Source: Limnothrix sp. BL-A-16
GTDB taxonomy: Bacteria; Cyanobacteriota; Cyanobacteriia; CACIAM-69d
DNA length: 64,000 bases
Assembly (NCBI GenBank): GCA_041937175.2
Contig: CP166615.1
Coordinates: 3,488,001-3,552,000 of the forward strand
Reading direction: 5' to 3'
Part shown: positions 21,964-31,812 of the stretch, piece by piece
Numbering within the stretch: the first letter of the stretch is position 1
How the letters are laid out: each line of letters begins with the position of its first letter
Translations under genes and position numbers: made by a program
The notes under the pieces: generated by a model
The model's input: only the letters and a program-made list of their open reading frames with translations
Databases searched by the model: none
Told to the model about the DNA's origin: nothing

Positions 21964-22356
21964 TTGAAGACTTCTCAGATTGAGCTAACGGAGTCCTACC
22001 CTTGTCCCTGTCGGCAACGGGGCACCCTGCGGCCGATCGCACTCATGGATGCATTTGGTTGCGATCGCTGCCAGCAAATTTTTGTGGTGACCGAATCGGG
22101 TGACCAAATTGAGCAGGTGTCTTCTGGGGCAATCTACCGACGGCTGTGGCGATGGACCGGAACGCGCTGGCTCTCCGTGCGTCCACCCTTGCGTGAAAAT
22201 TATTTGCCCATTACCCTTTGGGCTGGATTTGTCTTGGTGTTGGCTTGGTTGCCCCTGATTGTCAAAGGACTGGCAGGCACGGCGGCTTGGCTGTTGCCGG
22301 GATTGCTGGTGATTGGGCTACCGCTATTGTTGTTATGGCTGGCATACCGGCGCTGA
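21964..22356 (+). CDS. Hypothetical protein, Cys-rich (zinc-ribbon-like) N-terminus and two C-terminal TM helices
   Basis: YPCPC...FGCDRCQQIF; hydrophobic C-terminus; TTG start. Confidence 0.75.
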   Translation: MKTSQIELTESYPCPCRQRGTLRPIALMDAFGCDRCQQIFVVTESGDQIEQVSSGAIYRRLWRWTGTRWLSVRPPLRENYLPITLWAGFVLVLAWLPLIVKGLAGTAAWLLPGLLVIGLPLLLLWLAYRR

Positions 22357-22360
22357 GATT

Positions 22361-23626
22361 ATGGTTGGAAATCCCCTGGTTAATTCGGGAGCGCTGGATT
22401 TATTTGGGGCATTGGCGGCGGCGGCCCGAGGGCGATCGGCCCTGGTGGCCATGCGGGGTGGTGAGCGATCGCGGGCGCTGAAGGTGATGGCCAAGGCCTT
22501 GCGAGCCGCCCAAAACGAAATTTTGGAAGCCAACACGCTGGATTTGGAAGCCAGCCGCGAAAAGGCCAGCAGTGGCTTGCCGTCCCTGTGGATTAAGTTC
22601 ACGCCCGATCGACTGCAACAGGTGGCCGATATGCTCGATCGGCTGGCGGATTTGCCCGACCCCACCCGGCAGGCCATTCGCGCCACCCACCAAACTCAAT
22701 ATCTACAAAGCTATTGCCAACTGATGCCCCTGGGGACGATCGCCCTGGTGCATGAAGGCCTGCCGGAGCTGGGGGCGATCGCGGCGGGCATGGGCATCAA
22801 AACCGGCAACAGCATGATTTTGTATGGCAGCAGCGACACCAAACACACCAACGCGGCGATCGCGGCGGCCCTCACCGATGGGCTGACGGCTGGGGAATTG
22901 CCGCCCGAATGTGTCACGGCCATTCCGCCCGATCGGGATATTTCCATGCGCGACCTGCTGGCCCAGGAGCGCTACTTGAACCTGATCGTGGCCTATGGCC
23001 GGCCAAAGCTGGTGCAACAGGCCAGTCAGTTTGCCACCGTGCCCATTCTGGGGGCCGCGATCGGCAATTGTTATCTCTACTGGGCCCTGTCCGGCGAGTT
23101 AGACGTGGTGCGCTGGGCCATTTCCGACAGCCACCAGGGCGATCCGGAAGCGGTGAACGCGATCGAAAAGGTGCTGGTTCACGAGCGCCACAATCGATCG
23201 ATGTTGGGGGTACTCTTTGGCTCCTTGCAAACGGACGGGTTTGAAGTGCGGGTCGATGCCCACCTGCAACAGGATTTTCCCGACTTGCCCTTGGCGGCCG
23301 ATGATGAGTGGAATCGGCCCTATTTAACCAAAACCGTTGCGTTTCGCACGGTGGCCAGCGTGGAAGAGGCGATCGCGGTGATTCACACCCAAAGCAGCGG
23401 CCACGCGGACTGCATCGCCACCGAGTCCTATCGAGAAGCCCACCAATTCGCCTCCCGCCTCGACAGCGCCTCCACCTACATCAATGCTTCACCCCGATTC
23501 CAGCGCAATCCCCGGGGCAGTGCTTCGGTGTTTTTGGGCATGTCGAATCAAAAGGGCTACCGACGCGGGGCGATCGGCCTGGACATGTTAACCACCATCA
23601 AGCAAATTGTCCAAGGGGACGGCTAA
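22361..23626 (+). CDS. Gamma-glutamyl phosphate reductase-like paralogue (ProA2 type)
   Basis: ILEANTLDL, PLGTIALVHE, KTGNS, GNCYLY, SGHADCIATE, YINASPRF; catalytic Cys appears absent. Confidence 0.85.
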   Translation: MVGNPLVNSGALDLFGALAAAARGRSALVAMRGGERSRALKVMAKALRAAQNEILEANTLDLEASREKASSGLPSLWIKFTPDRLQQVADMLDRLADLPDPTRQAIRATHQTQYLQSYCQLMPLGTIALVHEGLPELGAIAAGMGIKTGNSMILYGSSDTKHTNAAIAAALTDGLTAGELPPECVTAIPPDRDISMRDLLAQERYLNLIVAYGRPKLVQQASQFATVPILGAAIGNCYLYWALSGELDVVRWAISDSHQGDPEAVNAIEKVLVHERHNRSMLGVLFGSLQTDGFEVRVDAHLQQDFPDLPLAADDEWNRPYLTKTVAFRTVASVEEAIAVIHTQSSGHADCIATESYREAHQFASRLDSASTYINASPRFQRNPRGSASVFLGMSNQKGYRRGAIGLDMLTTIKQIVQGDG

Positions 23627-23753
23627 TTTGGCCTCATTTCCAGGGCTAGTGATCTGTGTAATCAAATTCAATTTTGATCACGGATCTGATGGATTTTTGC
23701 AATATTTGCAATAGTTGATTATCCTCGCCCAATTGCCCCCAACAAGGGGCTTA

Positions 23754-24041
23754 GGGCCTGTCGTCATTATTTCGAGGTGATGCTGAAACAGTTGATCTTC
23801 CATGCCCTAGTCGTCGCAACAAGGGGCTTAAGCCCCTTGTCCCCCACGATCCGCTAACGGCAGATCTAGGGTTTCGTGCTCAACGACAACAGGCCCTAGG
23901 GCCTGTCGTCATTATTTCGAGGTGATGCTGAAACAGGTGATCTTCCATGCCCTCGTCGTCGCAACAAGGGGCTTAAGCCCCTTGTCCCCCACGATCCGCT
24001 AACGGCAGATCTAGGGTTTCGTGCTCAACGACGACAGGCCC
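23754..24041. mobile_element. Tandem dimer of a 143-bp MITE (TIR GGGCCTGTCGTC, TA target duplication)
   Basis: Copies 23754-23896 and 23899-24041 differ at 3 positions; TA on both flanks and between copies; each contains the REP palindrome. Confidence 0.9.
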
Positions 24042-24143
24042 TAAGCCCCTTGTCCCTCGACCTCGCCACGGCAGGATCGGAGCCTTGGGGATTGGATGAC
24101 GGCTTCTTCATCGGTTCAGGCTCCTTTTAATTGATTCCCAACC

Positions 24144-24920
24144 ATGCCGGTAAGCACTCGTAAGTGGGCCGCCAAACAACAGGTGGCGATCGAAATTCTC
24201 GATCGCCTGACACTGCTCTATCCCGATGCCACATGCAGCCTGGACTATGAAACGCCCGTGCAATTGTTGGTGGCGACGATTCTGTCGGCCCAATGCACCG
24301 ATGAGCGGGTAAACAAGGTCACGCCGGCCCTGTTTGGGCGGTTTCCCGACGCGGCGGCCCTGGCCGGGGCCGATCTCGCCGAGCTGGAGGAACTGGTGCG
24401 ATCGACCGGCTTCTATCGCAACAAAGCTAAGAATATCCAGGGCGCTTGCCGAATGATCCTGGAACGATTTGGCGGCAACCTGCCCAAGCGGATGGAGGAA
24501 CTGCTGTTGCTGCCGGGGGTGGCGCGCAAAACGGCGAATGTGGTGTTAGCCCACGCCTTTGGCATCAATGCGGGCGTGACGGTGGACACCCACGTCAAAC
24601 GCCTGGCCTATCGCTTGGGCATGACTGAGCATCAGGATCCGGTGCGGATTGAGCGCGATTTGATGCGGCTGTTGCCCCAACCAGACTGGGAAAATTGGTC
24701 GATTCGGCTGATTTATCACGGGCGGGCCGTTTGCGATGCCCGGAAACCGGCTTGCGATCGCTGCCAGTTGGCGGATCTATGTCCCCAAAAGGGACTGGGC
24801 GCAACGACAACCCAGGCCAAATCCCAATCCCCTGCCCGATCGCCCGGTAAAACCAGCGGCAAATCTAATAACAAAGCCAGTTCCAGCACAGCTAAGGGCA
24901 AAACGCCCCCCAAACCCTAG
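24144..24920 (+). CDS. nth: Endonuclease III
   Basis: LLVATILSAQCTDERVN, HhH LPGVARKTANVV, VDTHV, C-x6-C-x2-C-x5-C cluster. Confidence 0.97.
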   Translation: MPVSTRKWAAKQQVAIEILDRLTLLYPDATCSLDYETPVQLLVATILSAQCTDERVNKVTPALFGRFPDAAALAGADLAELEELVRSTGFYRNKAKNIQGACRMILERFGGNLPKRMEELLLLPGVARKTANVVLAHAFGINAGVTVDTHVKRLAYRLGMTEHQDPVRIERDLMRLLPQPDWENWSIRLIYHGRAVCDARKPACDRCQLADLCPQKGLGATTTQAKSQSPARSPGKTSGKSNNKASSSTAKGKTPPKP

Positions 24921-25049
24921 CCCCCGTTTAGCGATCGAGTCCTTCGCTTCCGAGCTGGGGCCACAGAGCGTGTCAAATCGTTACCAGTTGCGCTCTCCAA
25001 CCGATCGCCCGTCCTAGAATGAGGGCAGAAGCATTTAGGGATCGAGCGA

Positions 25050-25514
25050 ATGGCTGCAACGGTTGCCGATGTAATGAGCCGCGATCCGATCGTCGTCCGT
25101 CGTGACACCTCCCTGGTTGAGGTCATCAAACTCCTGGCGGAACAGCGCATTAGCGGCGTGCCCGTGGTGGATGAAGCGGGGCAGTTGATTGGGGTTGTGT
25201 CGGAAAGCGATCTGATGTGGCAAGAGACCGGCGTGGATGTGCCGCCGTTCATCACCATCTTGGACAGTGTGATTTATCTCAAAAATCCCCTGCAATTTGA
25301 AAAGGAATTGCACAAGGCCCTGGGCAGTACGGTGGCCGATGTGATGAGCGATCGGGTGAAAACCACTAAACCCGATACATTGCTGCGCGATGCCACGCGG
25401 CACTTGCTGGAAGGTAATATTCACCGAATGCCCGTGGTAGATGATGCGGGGGCGATCGTGGGCATTCTGACTCGGGGCGACATCATCCGAGCCATGGCGG
25501 CCGGGTTGCAGTAG
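25050..25514 (+). CDS. CBS domain protein
   Basis: Two CBS repeats (ISGVPVVD, IHRMPVVD...GILTRGDI). Confidence 0.92.
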   Translation: MAATVADVMSRDPIVVRRDTSLVEVIKLLAEQRISGVPVVDEAGQLIGVVSESDLMWQETGVDVPPFITILDSVIYLKNPLQFEKELHKALGSTVADVMSDRVKTTKPDTLLRDATRHLLEGNIHRMPVVDDAGAIVGILTRGDIIRAMAAGLQ

Positions 25515-25685
25515 GCGAGCGTTGCGCGGGCTGCCAAGGGACGGCTCAGGCATGATCTGGGACAATTTGGGCCGATCGAGCCGGATTTGAGGGCGATCGC
25601 CCAGCATCAACAGTGGTTAGGGTTCGGCGGCTGTGGCATTTTGGAAGAGGCCGTTGGAATTTGCTGATCGCTGAGGTGGAAGTTC

Positions 25686-26660
25686 ATGACTGCCGATCGC
25701 CCCGTTGCAAATCGTTCTGACTGGCTCGATCGGGCCCTGTTGCCAGCGGGGGCGGCCTGCTTGGCCCTGGCCTATGGGCCACTGTTGGTGCATTGGGTGC
25801 GCGGTTGGCTCACCAAAGACATCAGCATTGAGCATGAATATTTCAGCTACGGCCTGATTGGGCTGCCCTTTGCGGCTTACCTGGCCTGGGAAAAGCGATC
25901 GCGCTGGCAGCAGTTGGCCGATCGATCGCACCCGGTGGGCTGGGGGCTGTTGGGGTTGAGCGTGGCGTTTTATCTGAGCGGCGTGGCCGATTGGGTGAAC
26001 CTGTCGTTCCCGATCGCCCTCTGGGGTCTTTGTGGCATTTGGAAAGGGGCCACCGGTTGGCGGTTGATGGCGGCTCCTTTGATTTTCACCACCCTGGCCA
26101 CACCCAACGAAATTCCCTACCTCATTTCGCCCTACGTGGTGGGGTTGCAGCGGTTCATTGCCGCCATGGCTGGTTTTTTGCTGAACCAAGTGGGACTGGA
26201 AGCGCAAGTGGAGGGCATTTATCTCTACGTGCGCGATCGGGCGGTGGAGGTGGCTCCCCACTGCGCGGGCCTGAAAATGCTCCTAACCTGTTGGTATGTG
26301 GGGCTGATGGCCATCTACTGGTGCGGCACGGTGCGGGGGCGATCGCCCATTGCCCTATTTTTGGTGGGAACCACGGCCATCAGCGTGTTGATGAATGTGT
26401 TTCGGAACACGATTTTGGCCTATTTGCACGGCACGGGTCAGGATGGCCTGTTCGACTTCATGCATGAGGGAACCGGCGGCGACCTCTATTCAGCCGTGAT
26501 GTTGCTGACTGTGGTGTTGTGGTTCCGAGTGATTGAGCGGTTTGTGGGCGACGGACTGGATGCGGCCCCATCGCCCGCCAAGGCTGCGCCCCGATCGAAG
26601 CCTGACCTGATCGCGCCGGAGGATGAGTCGGAAGCCGCAGAACGAGATCCCGATTTCTAG
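25686..26660 (+). CDS. Cyanoexosortase B (exosortase family)
   Basis: SIEHEYFS, VEVAPHCAGLKML (Cys), NVFRN (Arg), FMHEG (His); multi-TM. Confidence 0.88.
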   Translation: MTADRPVANRSDWLDRALLPAGAACLALAYGPLLVHWVRGWLTKDISIEHEYFSYGLIGLPFAAYLAWEKRSRWQQLADRSHPVGWGLLGLSVAFYLSGVADWVNLSFPIALWGLCGIWKGATGWRLMAAPLIFTTLATPNEIPYLISPYVVGLQRFIAAMAGFLLNQVGLEAQVEGIYLYVRDRAVEVAPHCAGLKMLLTCWYVGLMAIYWCGTVRGRSPIALFLVGTTAISVLMNVFRNTILAYLHGTGQDGLFDFMHEGTGGDLYSAVMLLTVVLWFRVIERFVGDGLDAAPSPAKAAPRSKPDLIAPEDESEAAERDPDF

Positions 26661-26700
26661 CGATCGGCTCCTGTGTCCTGACCGTCCTTACCACCCTAGA

Positions 26701-26720
26701 CAAGGGGCTTCAGCCCCTTG
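26701..26720. repeat. REP-like palindrome variant
   Basis: CAAGGGGCTTCAGCCCCTTG preceded by CTAGA. Confidence 0.85.
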
Positions 26721-26765
26721 CCCCCCGATCGGGATGTGCAAGATCGGGGATTAAGGAATTTGAGC

Positions 26766-27980
26766 TTAGGGCGTGCCGAAGGATTCGATGATTCGCAAAA
26801 ATAACTCCACTCCCATGGCCAGCGCCGTTTCATCAAAATCAAAGCGGGGGTGGTGATGGGGGAACGCTAAACCCCGATCGGGATTGGCTGCCCCCACAAA
26901 GAAATAGCAACCGGGAACTTCCTTCAGGAAAAAGGACATATCCTCACCGCCCATGGTTTGGCAGTTGGGCACAACCCCGATCGGCGTTTCAATCACCGTT
27001 TCGGCCACCCGTCGCACCCGATCGGCTGCGGCCGGATCGTTGACCGTGGCCGGATAGATCGATCGATAGTCCAGTTCGTACCGGGCCCCGTGGGCGGCGC
27101 AAATGCCCGCAATAATCGACTCCACCCGCTCCTGGATCACCCCTTCCAGGGCCGGATTGAAATAGCGCACCGTGCCGGCCAAGCGGGCCTGATCCGCGAT
27201 CACGTTTTTGGCCGTGCCCGCGTGAAATTCGCCCACGGTCACCACCGCTGAATCGATCGGGTCAATGTTGCGAGCCACAATCGTTTGCAGGGCCGTGACA
27301 ATTTGCGCCCCCACCAACACCGAGTCGATCGTTTGGTGGGGCATGGCTCCATGGCCGCCCTTCCCGAACAGGGTGCAAGCAAACAGTTCCACCGCCGCCA
27401 TCAACGGCCCCGGCCGCACGCCCACTGTGCCCAGCGGCAGGTTATTCCACAAATGCAGCCCAAAGATGGCATCCACATCGGGATTGTGCAGCACCCCAGC
27501 TTCGATCATCGGTTTTGCGCCGCCGGGCCCTTCTTCGGCCGGCTGAAAAATCAGCTTGATGGTTCCGGCCAGTTGCGATCGATGCTGGGCCAAATAATAG
27601 GCCGTGCCCAAAGCGATCGCCGTGTGGCCGTCGTGGCCGCAGGCGTGCATTTTGCCCTCGTGGCGAGATCGATAGGGTACTTCGTTTTGCTCTTGTACGG
27701 GCAAGGCATCCATATCGGCCCGCAAGGCAATGGTTGGGCCCGGTTGGCTGCCTTCAATGACCGCCACAATGCCGGTTTTGGCGATGCCCGCTTCGTAATC
27801 AATGCCCCACTCTCGCAGGCGATCGCTCACAAAAGCGGCCGTCAAGGCCTCTTGAAATCCCAACTCTGGGTATTGATGAAACTGTCGCCGCCAAGACACC
27901 AATTGCGGCAACAAATTTCGCACATCTAACCGTAACTTCGATAGGTCAATTCCTGGAGCGGTGGGTAAGGTGGAAATCAC
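26766..27980 (-). CDS. M20D amidohydrolase (N-acyl-L-amino acid amidohydrolase)
   Basis: LRADMDALP, MHACGHDGH, FQPAEE, GGEDMS, HHHPRF. Confidence 0.93.
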   Translation of the reverse strand: MISTLPTAPGIDLSKLRLDVRNLLPQLVSWRRQFHQYPELGFQEALTAAFVSDRLREWGIDYEAGIAKTGIVAVIEGSQPGPTIALRADMDALPVQEQNEVPYRSRHEGKMHACGHDGHTAIALGTAYYLAQHRSQLAGTIKLIFQPAEEGPGGAKPMIEAGVLHNPDVDAIFGLHLWNNLPLGTVGVRPGPLMAAVELFACTLFGKGGHGAMPHQTIDSVLVGAQIVTALQTIVARNIDPIDSAVVTVGEFHAGTAKNVIADQARLAGTVRYFNPALEGVIQERVESIIAGICAAHGARYELDYRSIYPATVNDPAAADRVRRVAETVIETPIGVVPNCQTMGGEDMSFFLKEVPGCYFFVGAANPDRGLAFPHHHPRFDFDETALAMGVELFLRIIESFGTP

Positions 27981-28320
27981 GGAAGTTCAGATACTTTTTA
28001 GATTTTCCTTAGACCTTAGCTTAGAGTTTTTCCGTTGGGCGATGCACGAATGGCGATCGGGATCGAGATCGCGATCGGGGCGAAATCCCAAACCGCCTGA
28101 TCGCCCTGAAAATGCGAAAAATATTCGGTCTGGAAACCCTGGGATCTGCCACAAATCTTGATGCAATCCCCCCAAGGTGACGGTCAGTGACGACCAATTG
28201 TGGACTTTCATCAATTTCCATCGCGAATTGATCCAGAATTCCCCGATCGCCCTGGCCATTGGCTAGATCGAAAAGAGAATTCAGCGCTAATCACCGGATC
28301 CCAAACCGGAGGGAGCCACC

Positions 28321-28803
28321 ATGCTAAAACCGCCACCACCTCCCCCGATCGCCCCTAAGCAAATGAACCTGCTGCGGGTGGTTGCTGCCATGGCCTGGGC
28401 CGACGGACATTTGGCCGACGAAGAAATTGAAGTGATGCTCGATCGCTTCAGCCAACTGTTTGCCCGCGACGGCCAACAATCGATCGAACTGAAACAAGAC
28501 TTGCGAGAATATTTGGTGCAAAATCTGCCCTTGGCGGAAATTGTGCCCAAGCTCACCAGTGACGCGGACAAAGAATTGGCCCTGGAATTGGCCTATGAAA
28601 CCATCGCTTCCAGCGCCCGCACGCCCGATGAAGCGGTGATTAATGCCGAAGAATCCGCCGCCTATGGTGAATTGGTGCGGCTGTTGGCCCTGTCGCCGGA
28701 CGTGGTGAAACGGATTGAATCGAACAGCAATCAGGCCGGGGCTTCCAAGCAAGACCTAATTGAGTTCTTGGCTCAAAAGCTCGCAGAAACTGACCTGTCC
28801 TAA
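28321..28803 (+). CDS. TerB-family protein
   Basis: LLRVVAAMAWADGHLADEE. Confidence 0.75.
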   Translation: MLKPPPPPPIAPKQMNLLRVVAAMAWADGHLADEEIEVMLDRFSQLFARDGQQSIELKQDLREYLVQNLPLAEIVPKLTSDADKELALELAYETIASSARTPDEAVINAEESAAYGELVRLLALSPDVVKRIESNSNQAGASKQDLIEFLAQKLAETDLS

Positions 28804-28827
28804 GGCGCGATCGGGAGCAGACCGGCA

Positions 28828-28977
28828 GCAACGATCCGCCACTTGCTCCCCAGATCTGACCCAGGCAAGGGGCTTAAGCCCCTTGTCCCCATGAGCCTTG
28901 GTGCAACGATCCGCCACTTACTCCTCAGATCTGACCCAGACAAGGGGCTTAAGCCCCTTGTCCCCGTGAGCCTTGGC
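28828..28977. repeat. Two tandem 75-bp units, each containing the REP palindrome
   Basis: Units start at 28828 and 28903 and are near identical. Confidence 0.9.
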
Positions 28978-29074
28978 GCTTGGTCAGTCTCCCAAAATAC
29001 TGATCAGGCATCTGCTAAAACTTCCGCCAAGATCTCAACAAAAACCTCAGCCAAGACTTCAGCAAAAACTTCAG

Positions 29075-30283
29075 CTAAGACGATTGCGAGAGTCGCTTCA
29101 CCGCCCCGCCCGCCAGTAACTGGTGCGCCTCCGTCAGAATATTCAAGACCCGATCGGGATAGGGACTGCGGGCTAAACAGGGGCGCAAATCCAACTCCGA
29201 CAAGCGATCGCCCCGTTGCCCTGGAAACCAGTGGCCCCCATTGCCCAACAGGTTGTAGCGCATTTTGCCATAGGCCACCATGTCAAAGGCCTTCACCAAA
29301 TTCCAAAGCCACACGATCGTCCGCACACTGATTTCGCCCGGCACTTCTTCCGGCTTCGGCAACCCCTGTTCCCAAGTGCGCAGCCAGGCCTTCCCTTCCC
29401 CAGGGCCAAATTCGCGATCAAACGCCTCGATCGCCGCTTGCTCCAACCGTCGCGTAATCATGGGCAGCAACTGGCCCGGTTGATCCAAAAAGGACAGGGT
29501 TTTCAGATGCTCATCAAAATCGCTAGGCCGAGCGGCCCCCAGGCTCAGGGTATGCACCTGCGGATGGCTTAAACAAAACAAATTGTTAAACACCATCGGA
29601 CTCAGGGGCTTGCAGAGTTCCACCAATTTGGGCGATGGCTCGTAGAGCAGCCCCCCCTTATTGGCTGGACTGATAATAAACACGCCCATATCCAACTGGG
29701 TGGCCGCCTCGATCGCCCGCCAGTTGGTTTGGTTGATGTAATACCAATGCAAATTGACGTAATCAAATTGGTTGGACTGAATCGTCTCCATGATTACGTC
29801 CAAGGGCCCGTGGGTGGAAAATCCAATGAACCGCACTCGCCCCTCCGCCTGCCAGCGTCTGGCCCGATCGAGGCAGCCCCCCGGCCGCAACGTCCAGTCC
29901 AAATGCTCGCGGGTGTTAATCCCGTGAATGCCCAGCAAGTCCACATAGTCGAGCTTGAGGTAGCCCATGGACTGCTCAAAGTCCCGCTCAAAGTCGGCCA
30001 CCTGGGCAGTAGGCCCCACCTTCGTTTGCACAATCAAATCCTGACGGGGATATTGCGGCAGCACCCAACCCAGTTGCATCTCGGAGCTGCCATAGCCCCT
30101 GGCCGTCTCAATGTGGTTAATGCCCACAGCAAGGGCCCGCTCGATCGTGGCGGCCAAATTGGCTTGGCCCGCCGCGTCAATTTGTGTGGGTGAGAGGTCT
30201 TGCCAGGCCTGCTGGTAGCGCATTCCACCACAGGAAAACACCGGCATTGATAGCTCTGTGCGCCCAAACCGTCGATAAAGCAT
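29075..30283 (-). CDS. Aldo/keto reductase family oxidoreductase
   Basis: MLYRRFGRT, GINHIETARGYGSSE, IGFSTHG. Confidence 0.9.
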   Translation of the reverse strand: MLYRRFGRTELSMPVFSCGGMRYQQAWQDLSPTQIDAAGQANLAATIERALAVGINHIETARGYGSSEMQLGWVLPQYPRQDLIVQTKVGPTAQVADFERDFEQSMGYLKLDYVDLLGIHGINTREHLDWTLRPGGCLDRARRWQAEGRVRFIGFSTHGPLDVIMETIQSNQFDYVNLHWYYINQTNWRAIEAATQLDMGVFIISPANKGGLLYEPSPKLVELCKPLSPMVFNNLFCLSHPQVHTLSLGAARPSDFDEHLKTLSFLDQPGQLLPMITRRLEQAAIEAFDREFGPGEGKAWLRTWEQGLPKPEEVPGEISVRTIVWLWNLVKAFDMVAYGKMRYNLLGNGGHWFPGQRGDRLSELDLRPCLARSPYPDRVLNILTEAHQLLAGGAVKRLSQSS

Positions 30284-30542
30284 GGGTTTTTGGGATCTGA
30301 GGAATTGTTTTAGAAGCAAGGGAATGCGTGGCAAGGTTCAATAACCCAATGCTAGGCAGCCATACCCAATGCTAGACAGCGATGCTGAATGCCGCGCCGG
30401 ATCGCCAATTCAGCCATGCTTGCTGGGGTGGACTGGATCCGTGGCCCGTAACGCACCGTTGAAGGGAAGCGATAGGATTAAGTCATGTTTAAAATGGCCG
30501 CCCATTTCCTAATCCCCAACCCCTTGTGTTAGGAGTCTTCCC

Positions 30543-31568
30543 ATGGATATCACAGAATTGAATGAACTCGAAAGTTCCGTGCAAGACCTGATTTCGGCAG
30601 CAAAGGTCGAGCTAGAAGCGAAACGCCTAGAAAAGCAGCGAGATGAATACTATCAACATGCCCTTGCGGAAATCGAAGCCCGCTTGAACACGGTGTTAGC
30701 GCAAGTGCAAACCACCCTCAAAGAGTTGCCGGCCGATGAGTTTGGCGACAGCATAACCCGCCGCAAACTCCAAGAAAAGGAAGCGGATATTTTGCAGCAA
30801 CTGGCCGATGCGCCGCGCTTGGCTTCAGAAGCGGCCGATCGGCAGTTGATTTTGCAAGAAGAACGACTGATTGAGGAACGCTTACTGGATCAAACAAATC
30901 GGTGGCGCTATGAGCTAAAGGAAGACCTGCTGGACATGATTCGCGACCAGCAGGATTTTTATAGCGCAACGGACGCAGCCGTGGCGATTCGGGGTTACAT
31001 GCATGACATGAAGGCGATCGATGCCCTCACGGAAGTGCTGGAAGCCTTGATGGATCAAATTAACCAACACAGTGAAGAAGGGCCGGTGGCCAAGCGTCGG
31101 GGCAATGATGAACAGACGTTGATGTTTATTTATGAAAAGGCGATGCAAAATCGGGCGCGGGTGGAGCGCAGTCCCGATGTGCGGCCCCAAACGCGGCATC
31201 GATCGTCGGAGCGCCGCCCTAATCCCTACTCGGAGCTGGCAGGCAAGGTGGTGGTTTTTGGGGGACACGATCGCCTGGAGTCGGCGGTGCGCAATCGCTT
31301 GCGGGAATCGAAGGTGGAATTGGTTTGGTGTACGGCCCAAGCGGGTCTGAACATGGCGCAGCAGGGGGAAAGCCACATCTCTAGCGCGGACTTGGTGATT
31401 ATCGTGACCGGTTATGCCAGCCATTCTTTGACGGAAAAGGCGATTCAGTCGTCCAAGAAAATGGGGATTGCGCCGGAGATGGTGAACACTACGGGGATGA
31501 CCAAGCTGCTGGAGACGATCGAGTTTGGGTTGAAGGCTAAGTTGCTGGCGAAGCGCTTGGGGGGTTAG
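30543..31568 (+). CDS. Coiled-coil protein with C-terminal DUF2325-like domain
   Basis: VVVFGGH...ADLVIIVTGYASHSLT; AGGAG RBS. Confidence 0.75.
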   Translation: MDITELNELESSVQDLISAAKVELEAKRLEKQRDEYYQHALAEIEARLNTVLAQVQTTLKELPADEFGDSITRRKLQEKEADILQQLADAPRLASEAADRQLILQEERLIEERLLDQTNRWRYELKEDLLDMIRDQQDFYSATDAAVAIRGYMHDMKAIDALTEVLEALMDQINQHSEEGPVAKRRGNDEQTLMFIYEKAMQNRARVERSPDVRPQTRHRSSERRPNPYSELAGKVVVFGGHDRLESAVRNRLRESKVELVWCTAQAGLNMAQQGESHISSADLVIIVTGYASHSLTEKAIQSSKKMGIAPEMVNTTGMTKLLETIEFGLKAKLLAKRLGG

Positions 31569-31812
31569 GGTTTGTGGCTCAATCGCCTGCAACCCTGATT
31601 CCGCCGTGACGAAATCGTGAGGGGCAAGGGGCTTAGGGCTTGTCGTCAAATCGCTTGAAACCCTGATTCCGCCGTTGGCAGATCTTGGGGGGCAAGGGGC
31701 TTAGAATGTGTCGTCAAATCGCCTGAAACCCTGATTTCGCCGTAACGAAATCGTGGGGGACAAGGGGCTTGAGCATCTTGTCTAGGGTGGTTGGCGTAAT
31801 GACGACAGGCCC
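31568..31812. mobile_element. Nested/tandem MITE array: three 68-bp arms and one opposite arm
   Basis: Units at 31568, 31636, 31704; the first two end in CAAGGGGCTTA; array ends GACGACAGGCCC. Confidence 0.85.

Noticed and set aside
28843..29331. 162-aa ORF with KGLKPL and SAKT repeats
   Set aside because: Translation of REP and 12-mer repeats, overlapping the reductase antisense. The same applies to 35236-35499.
23743..31812. Palindromic repeat clusters as CRISPR arrays
   Set aside because: Inter-repeat sequences are near-identical rather than unique spacers, there are only 2-3 units, and no cas genes are present.
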